Part shown: positions 33,140-41,274 of the stretch, in pieces
Position numbering within the stretch: position 1 is the stretch's first letter
Layout: every line of letters starts with the position of its first letter
Source: Klebsormidium nitens
Lineage: Eukaryota > Plantae > Klebsormidiophyceae
NCBI GenBank assembly: GCA_000708835.1
Contig: DF237652.1
Location: 1-41,274 of the forward strand
Direction of reading: 5' to 3'
Length of the DNA stretch: 41,274 nt
Notes under the pieces: generated by a model
The model's database searches: none
What the model was told of the DNA's origin: nothing
What the model saw: the letters and a program-made list of their open reading frames with translations, nothing else
Position numbers and translations under genes: made by a program

Positions 33140-36100
33140 CTAAAGCTCTTCAATAATGCCCGACTTCTGGGCTCCGTTTTGATCCCTCTGCTCGGCTTCG
33201 GAACGCGCCTTCTCCCCCTCCCACATTTCACTCGCGGCCGCTGCCAGCGCGCAAAAGACCGGATCCGGTTGCTCGTTCGCCCACACCAAAAAGAAAAACA
33301 CTTTCCGCCGCACAAGCTCCGGCTGACGTTTTGCCCCTCCCTTTTTGTAACTCGTTCCTCTGGAACTGTCTCCGCTCTTTCCGGACCCCCCCCTTCCTTG
33401 ACTGCTTCCTTTCACCCCCTGTATTTTCTGGCCAGCCTTCGCTTTCGACGTCGAAGCAGAACTCTTTCCCGGTGCGCCGCTTTCGCCACTGACCCCTTCA
33501 AGCTTGCCCCCCCCTTCCGAAGCACCTTCTGGCTTTCCACCCGTTTTTCCCCGGTTCCCCCCCCTAGCCGTCAGTTGCGCAGCCCCCCCCGCCCCGGTGC
33601 TTCCCGCCAACTGCCTTTCCCCCTGCGCCGCCAAAAGCATTCGCTGCACATCTGCGAGTGCGCACACCACCCCGGGGCGGCCCAGAGACAGGAGCGCATT
33701 CACATCGCCCAGAAGACCCCTTGCAAAAGCGCGCCCGCCGTGCCCGGCGAGCGAGGGTGAACAGGCCCTTTCAAGGCAGCCGTGGAGCGCATCTGTGTAG
33801 CAAAAGGAGGGTCGGGCGAAATTCAGATTCTGAGGTTAAAAGGACGCGATTGAAAGGACTATAGAGGAACTGAACGAGAATGAAAAGCGTGGGCCGACGA
33901 GAGGGGTGGCGGAAAGCAGAAAAGAGTGCGAGCAGAAGTGGAGAATTGTGAGGAGACAGGCTATTGCGGAATGAAGGAGAACAGCAACGAGGATGAAAGG
34001 GATTGAAAGAGGAAGATCAAAGGGGCAGCCGAGGGTATCTGACAGGGGGTGATTGCTCATCCTCGTAGTGGGCCCTTTTGAACCCTTTGAAACCGCAATC
34101 CCCTCCGTTTTGGCCCTTTAGCTCTCTTCAAAACTTGTTCGTCTTCCGATCTGATAGGGAACACCCCTTTTTCTGCGGTTTCCCGGATTATTCGGACAAA
34201 AGTTCAAAAGTACTGTTCCAGATACAAGAACGATTGCATAAAAACGGTTGTAGACCGGCATCGTGCAGTGCTCAGCGAGGGTGATTTTTCTACGAGTGCG
34301 TTCTACGCAAAGAATGGGAAACCCGACACCAGAAGTGAGTCAAGAACGAATGACAAATTCTCCTTACATCCGACTGAGGCTTTCGCTCAGCACCGGGAAA
34401 ACGTCCACCAGCACCTTTGCCGCAGCAGGAAAAGAGTCTGCCTCGAGTCGAACAGCCGCATAACGTACCAGTTACATACGGCTTACGATGTTCATTGAAA
34501 TGCATGCATGTTAATGCATCTCTATCCGGCGTTTGAGACGAGGTCGCAACCGGGAACGAGTAAACACGCAGAACCTAAGAAAGAAAGAAGAAAGACATGC
34601 AAACGGCGACTCCCTGACTAGCCCACAATCTTATTCCACTGGTGCATATCAAGAGCAACCTTGCAAATCGTACTGGTTGTCGCGCAGATGGTACTTAACG
34701 TTGGAAATGAAGTCGCTCAACATGAGCTGAAGTCTTTCTGAGCTGTTCTGACGCCTTATAAGATGGGAGTGCGGGTGATCCATTTTCTGATTTTGGGCGC
34801 ATCGTTTTCGGAGCTCCTGATTGATTTGAGCGATTGGCCCGTGAGTTTGACGTTTATGCTCCCCCGGGGTTTACAAGCTCTTGGATCGGATGTCAGCCAA
34901 CCAGACTTAGAAACTCAAGAGCGAAAGACAAAGTCTCCTTACCTTCGCCCGAGGCCGGCATCGCCCCATCGCTCAGCACCGGCGAAACCTCCACCAAGAT
35001 CCCCGCCGCGTCTAACGGGTCCGCCGCCCAGTCCCCGTTGAACAGCCGCAGGACGTAAGAGTACGCGTATAAGACGCTTGTCAGATGAAACCCTAGAAGG
35101 GGGGAAGGGGGGCTTTTCGTGAGTGCTGCGAGCGGGGGTAGGTCTTCCTCTAGCGGGGGGGGGATGCTGGGGCGGGCCTCTTCTTCGCTGACGTCTTCGC
35201 GTTCCGTGCTGACGTCAGCGTCCTCGGCGCTCTCGTCAGCGCCCACCATGCTGACGTCAGCGTGAGTTGTGTCAACGTCACCTTGCAGGGGGTGGCCCGA
35301 GGCAGATCGACTGGCCCCCCCGCGAGCTGGCATAAAGCTCTCTCCGCTGACGTCAGCGGCCTCCGGGCCAAACTGCTTGTCCTCTCTGCTGACGTCACCG
35401 CAGCTTCCCCTCTCGACTTGCATGCTATTCGACGAGCCATTCCGTTCCGCTGCTTTCGTCACTCCTTCCCCCCTGCTGACGCCGCTCGCCGGAGCCCCGG
35501 TCAGCTTCTCAAACGCTTCCTCTGCACGCGTTTTGGCCGAGGTGTGAATGGCCCCCCCAGTTACCAAAATCTCACGAACCGGTCGGGTTCCAGTCGGACT
35601 GATCCTTATCTGTTTTGCCTCGGGGGATAGGTACCACGGTTCACAGGGGGTGATGAACCGGCTGAGGGCGCCGGAGGCTGCGGCTTGGCGAAGGGACGCG
35701 CGTTCGGTGGAAGTGAGGTCGTCGAGTGAGAGGTCGCTACCTGAAATGGGCGAAAGGGGCGTTTCAAAACTTACTTTGTTTTGAGAGTTTGTCTTTGTTT
35801 GAATGAAAAGGGTCGGCGCGTTTGGTGGAAAGGAGGTCGATTAGGGATCGGTCTTCTCATTTGAAGTCGTCTCAAATGAGAAGAGACGACTCTTCTTACT
35901 TGAATCGTCTTGCGGAGGGCGATGTCGTCGAATGAGAGATCGCTACCTGACCTTTTACCCTTGGGAAAAGGAGCGTTTTTCCTTTTGAGCATTTCGGAAT
36001 GTGACTCTGTCGACAAGCAGACAAGAGCAGATGACAAGCAACGGGTTGTCGGTTAAAGAGAGGACATGAATCAACTTGACAAAAGTGAGGAAAGGATAGA

Positions 36101-39074
36101 AGCAAGGACGACCTAATGAAGGATGTAGAAACACATCAAAGCCAGAAAAGAGGTCGTCAAATAATTCCCAGGTTACTTCAAGAGCACATAGCTCGTAGTG
36201 CAGCCACCAAGCACATCCGCGGTAGCAAGCAGCAAATCAAAGGCCTGGGGTTTGAAAGAGGCCGCTGAGACCCGGCCCCAAACGAAAAGAATACTGATGA
36301 CAGCCGCACTTTACACAGGAAAGAAATCGTACCGGGTTTCCACCACTCGAATCCTTCAAACGCGACAAGCAGCAAGCTGCTTACTAGGGTCTGTTACTGC
36401 CCCGGATGCGCCACACCTCACAAAAATCTCTAATCCTGAGGAACCAGAGAATCACAGGAAGCGAACAGCATAGGGCAAATTGACTTGACCTTACCGTCTT
36501 CCCGCCTTTACGGAAGGGCAGTCAGTACAGCATTCGCAAGGCGATCGCGTCACCAGCTGAATATAAGATCCCCGGTCTTGGAAAACTAACGAAGTGTTGA
36601 GAAAGAGAAGCTCGTGAAACCCACCTTTGTCACTCAGCCGCCGGAGGGTCTCCTCCGATAACTCGAACCCCCCTCCCTCCTCCATCTCTTCTTCCTCTTC
36701 CGTATCTGAGTCTCCCCCCCCTTCCCCCTCTGCCAAATTGAACCCCCCCTCAAGCCCCAAATCGTCTAGACCTTCGGCCCCCTCAGCCTCTTGCATCCGC
36801 TTCAGCGTTTGCAGCATCTTCCGCCGTTCCTCCGGATCCGCTTTCCGCTGCCGCAGCTCGCTTTCCGCATTCTCGCGATAGAAGCCCTCCGTGCAACGAC
36901 TGCTATGCGCCTAAATAAGCCCGCACAACTTCAATTTAGTTCTGGTATTTCTATGTGGTACAGATTGACTTACAATCCCCCTTTCCTTAGTAAGTTCGGA
37001 CCAAACTCTGAACCAAGGGCAAAGTTTGTGCACTTCAAAAAAACGGTGAGGCCAGCAGACCCGCTGTTAAGGGGATTCTCATCAAAACCTTCATTGGCAC
37101 TGTCCTTCTGCGCTCGAAAAATATTATAACTCCTCCCTCAGTCGCTGGTTGCCAACTCCATACGTCAGGTTAGACCTCAATGACAAGGTGCTTCAAACCG
37201 GCTTGCAACTAAAACCAACCCGGATGGATTGAGAATCGGAGCCTCCGGTCTTGACGCCTTTGGTCTGAACGAGCTCAAAAGGCCATCCTCGGATCCGAGA
37301 CCACTGCGGTAGAACCTCGGGAGTGCTTGTTACTGTGCTTGTTAACCGCACAAATACATGGCAATCCCTGCGACAGCCTTTGCTACATCGAACCGAAAGA
37401 CATGCCCCAATGCGCATGCAAACCGTGCTCTGAGAGCAAATGCCTTTCACAAGCATGTAATCCTGAAATTGGGTCGAGTCCGCTGGGCCGAACAAGTAGG
37501 GGTGAGCGGACTGACGAGCCAACAGGGATCCTAACGTCACCAATTTTTCACAAGACTTCAGTTGAACGAGGCGTCCAATTGATGTTGCACCATCGGAAGA
37601 AACCGAATGCCCAAATTAACATCAGTCCATTTGCTCGACAGGCTTGCAGGTTGATGTCAATCTGTAGCAACAGAAAGGCGGAACCCGTGCACTTCATGTA
37701 GCGGGAAGCCACATAGAGAGAGTGCCATCAGAAAGGGAAAGTAAACTAGAAGCGAAAACACGACCTCTTCAACGTGTAAGCTTGAAAGACTCACCTTGTA
37801 GCAGGGGAGCGAACAGTAGCGCACGTTGCAGCGGGGGCAAGCATACTTGGACCATTGCTTTTGGCACCTGCAGGAGGCAAGTTCTCATTCCCATTTTCAG
37901 GCCTTTCTTCATGCACTTGACCAATCGCGGTGCCAAGAGAAAGAAAAGAAAGTGGCTGGTACACAGAAATGAGTACCAAGGTAGATAAGGGTGGAATTCA
38001 GATCGCACCAATGCATACACGAAATAGTTGGTGATCGGAGCTGTTCATACACCGGACAGGGGATGGTGGTGGATCATAAAAGTGAATTCAGCAGAGGGAG
38101 AGGAATATATGAAAGTTTAAGAGAGGTTCAGTCCAGATATAAGTTGCCCGTACTGGGAATCACAAGCATAAAAGCCAGCTGCGCAGACCTACCGGTAGTT
38201 AAGCGTTGGCATTGCCAGGTCCTACTCTGCCCTTGAGCGACTAAGATCCAGTGCTAACTGAATTTTGGATAAATCCATTCCCTCATCATATCCAATATTA
38301 GCATACAGAGATCAAGTATTTTCGTTTGGACTTTTTGTTAGCAGATGGAGAAGCACTATAACCAGGCAACAAGACCTCGGTCAGGTGCCAGTAATCCAGG
38401 CTGACCAGCTCAATTCCCAATCGCATATTGTCTGATCGAGTTCTCATGATAAGGAGCAAGCGGATTGCGACACAGAGGCTGCCAGGTTGCAGTTTTATTG
38501 TGATGCAGATTGTCATCAGCAATCAAAGCGGAACTAGTTGACAACTCCGGAGTAAGAGTGGTGGTTTCAGCAACACGAGGGAAAAGGTGCCATGGTCCCC
38601 GTCAAACATTTTTAAGCATACAATGCCAAGAAAAAATTTGTTGACTTGGAAGTATTTTGATGGTGCGGTGTCAAGCTTGAGACAAACAAATTCACGAACG
38701 GGAAACATTCTTGTAAGATTGATTGGTTCTCTTGTTTTGTGATCAACCTGCCTGCTCTCAGAGAAAACACCATCCGAAAAGTTTCATTATTTGAGAGGTT
38801 TCACCATTTGAGATGTGTCACCATGAAAAGTTTTACCATCTCTGTTGAAGACAAGAGCGAGATTGACAAAGATGAAATGCCTCATCCGTACAGCGCTAGA
38901 CCGGCTTTCAAACCAACCGAGATCAATCTTGTGATACGAAACAAAGATAACATGGCGGACCAACTATAGCAGCCAAAACACGAGGTTTGCTTACACTCTG
39001 CAGATGATGCGCACGTCCGGCGCGCCAGCATTGTCCCCCTGCGGCTGAATCAGCACGTTTCCCTCCCCCGCCAT
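33140..39074 (-). CDS. ZNHIT2: Zinc finger HIT domain-containing protein 2-like
   Basis: Phase-consistent exons: 39074-38995 (MAGE..IICRV), 37867-37795 (CQKQWSKYACPRCNVRYCSLPCYK), 36910-36625 (AHSSRCTEGFYRENAESEL..KMLQTLKR..LSEETLRRL), 35740-34943 (DLSLDDL..EPWY..SVLYAYSYVLRLFNGDW), 33792-33140 (ALHGCLERACSP..DVNALLSLGR..RRKVFFFLVWANE). The zf-HIT Cys/His pattern and downstream blocks are typical of ZNHIT2 homologues. Confidence 0.85.
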
Positions 39075-39667
39075 GACGCGGCCGTTTACCTCAGACTGCA
39101 ACTCAGCTTTGTCAGGAAGTATCTGAGGACGCCAACATGTTCCGATTTTTGCATTGTTGAACGCGTTGCTCTGTTTACACCTCTATGAATCGCATGAGGC
39201 GCTCGTGTCCGTTATCAATTTTGCTGCAGCTCCAACAGGCTGCACTAACTCTAGCGCACAGATACAATTGAGCAGTTCGCAGATGTTTTGCAGTCGGTCA
39301 AAATGCTGCTGCCACCTTTACTGTGCGCCTGACCAACCCAATATTTGTGAATATTTCAAACGACTTGGGGGCAATAGGCAGAGTCCGCCTTTTATTTAAT
39401 CTGTAGAGGGGGGTGATGTTACAAGGTCTTCATCACCCCCTGAAATTAACTCTACGGACGAGCCTACCCTCCAAGGCCCCGGTCGGGCTTACCGCTAAGT
39501 CAGCTACCGGTCACTATCTAGCAGGCTACAAGTCTTGGTCTTCAGGCCGGGGGATGACGCAGGTGGGGAGGATGACCGGGGAACCGCCAAGTCGTCAGGA
39601 GAATGGAATGCGCCATAAGCGAGGCGACGCGCGCCCGCGCGTTGTCGTCAAACTCAAGGTACAAGAG

Positions 39668-40780
39668 TTAAGCGGACGATTTCCAGTCGCCCTGCTCTTT
39701 AATTTGCGCAGGGGAAGCGCCACATTGAAAAGCGAAAGTCGCGCCACCTCGGCGGAAAGAGTGCCCGGCATAGCGGGCGGAATCAAGACCAATCGCAGAT
39801 AAGGCCTCCTTAAATTGCGCTACAAAACTCTTGTGGGTTAAGCTGGTTAGACGACCCAATTGGTCGGTAAAGGAAAATGCAAAGGAGTCGGGGCCAGTAG
39901 GCACAGCCGCAAATAGGCGGCTAAGGGCGTTAACTGGGCATAACACAGAGCCGGGAATAACCGGGAGGGGCACTCGTAGGGTCCGTTGACCAAACTGGAT
40001 AGTTCTTGTGCGACGCAGGTTAACCCAAACTAAAGACATATCCTGAGACAATTCAAAGTCCCCACGACGAACCGGGGATTGGTCGAGCACAGGGTTGGTT
40101 CCATTTTGAACCGGGCAGACATTAGCCTTACGGAAAAATCCAAAGAAGGCAACTAACATTGCAGCTGCAAAGGCCATATTGCCTGGAGAAAACAGATCGA
40201 GACGACGAAGTATATTGGACAGAATGTCTGGGGTGACCGCCAGTTTGCGGTTTGCTTGCACATCGCCTTTAACCCGCTTTATCCCCCGCAAAGTGCGTTC
40301 CAGATTGAACATTGCGGGGAGGGGGTTTACGAAACCAGCTTCCAGATGCAAAACCTTGATGCCGTTGAGATACGGTTTAATCGTGCGATAGGAGCAGGTC
40401 TCAGCTAATTTGGTTACGTAAAGGCAGACGGTTAATTCGTCCGGCTGCATAGGCCGAAAATCGTACGAGGAGCAAAAGGTGAGGTAATACCTGACATGCG
40501 CGCCATATGTGCGCTGCGTGGATGACGCCAGCCATTGCATAATGTACTCGGCCATCTTGTCGAGCAGCGCCGGGAGGGGTGGATTAGCATCTGTAGGGAT
40601 ATAAAAATCAGGATTTGAGTTCCAAATGACGGCCAGCTTTCCAGGCAGCCAGAAGGATTTGGAACCGCGGAAAGTCGCCGCGGGAAAGAGAATCGGCAAG
40701 AGAATTATCTTCGGTGGAAATATAAGAGCTGGTAAGTCGAAAATTATTTTTAGCAGAAAGCCAGAAGATGTCACGAACAT
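39668..40780 (-). pseudogene. Tyrosine recombinase of the retroelement, with a nonsense codon before the catalytic Tyr
   Basis: FFGFFRKANV, LRRTRTIQFG, CPVNAL, YAGHSFRRGGAT and GDWKSSA motifs. TAA at 39670-39668 is followed in frame by LLYLEF.., so the expected A-Y-x-x-Y motif is broken. Confidence 0.85.
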
Positions 40781-41274
40781 ATTCCATCATTCTGGGGCCA
40801 GTTGCGCCTTTTGCTGTGCCCTTATTCACCACAGAAACGACGATGGTGTTGTCAATACGCAGGCGAATATGCAGCCCGCTCAAAGCCGTTGAAAATAACC
40901 TACACAAAATGACGACAACAAATAACTCGTGGATATGAATTGGGTCAGACGGTTCCGGGGCGTCCGGGAAAATAGCCTGCGCAGCTGCAAATGAGAAAGA
41001 AAGTATCCCCCTTGGAGAAATGCCCCGTACCCATAACTTGACGAAGCGTCTGTTGAGAAATCATCAAAGGAAAGCGGTTTGCTGGGAATCAATTCCGTTT
41101 GACCGTTAAATTGCGGCAAAAACTGCGCCCACCATTCCAGGTCTAATCGTATGCTAGCGGACACACGTATATGATGATGTGGGCGCTGTATATCCATTGA
41201 GCATCAATTAGGCGTCGCAAAAATGTGCGACCCCCATAAACGACCTTACAGACCCAATTGAGTTTACCGGTTAG
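40608..41274 (-). pseudogene. RT C-terminus and RNase H of the retroelement, two frameshifts
   Basis: RLDLEWW..FSTDASS..GYGAF (frame 1), HIHELF..IDNTIVV..NKG..YISTEDNSLADSLSR (frame 2). Frame changes near 41190 and near 40995-41005. Confidence 0.8.

Larger units (their letters stand above)
39380..41274 (-). mobile_element. 3' part of a DIRS/Ngaro-type tyrosine-recombinase retrotransposon (decayed)
   Basis: RT C-terminal/connector (LTGKLNWVCKVVYGGRTFLRRL), RNase H and an overlapping tyrosine recombinase ORF, in DIRS-order. The left boundary is approximate (AATAAA on the minus strand near 39391-39396, hairpin 39409-39440). Confidence 0.85.

Noticed and set aside
39409-39445. Hammerhead ribozyme at the retroelement 3' end
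   Set aside because: TGATGA is present, but the CTGANGA..GAAA core with three stems cannot be assembled.

Overview
Eukaryotic, intron-rich DNA. The style (GC-rich low-complexity exons with ADVS/TSGR peptides, iMet-primed LTR element, tyrosine-recombinase retroelement, LHW-type bHLH) suggests a streptophyte alga close to Klebsormidium; this is inference. I reconstructed three spliced genes by hand from GT/AG sites and reading-frame phase: an LHW-like MYC_N/bHLH/ACT-like transcription factor (minus, 6745-14754), a type II membrane protein with an NSSVRGPYLP motif (plus, 18129-25835), and a ZNHIT2-like HIT zinc-finger protein (minus, 33140-39074). There is also the C-terminal exon of a dual-specificity phosphatase. 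Mobile DNA: a pogo/Tc5-type transposase split by an LTR retrotransposon just before its first catalytic Asp, two MITEs, a short poly(A) retroposed insert with a target-site duplication, and a decayed DIRS/Ngaro-type element. The most striking pattern: in at least eight introns across all three genes, the intron carries one to three degenerate copies ('echoes') of the neighbouring exon end, usually with its splice site. Copies of exon 5' ends lie upstream of the exon and copies of 3' ends lie downstream, with ages from near-identical to barely recognisable. An assembly gap (N) spans 1615-1848. Exon models are manual and not checked against RNA data.
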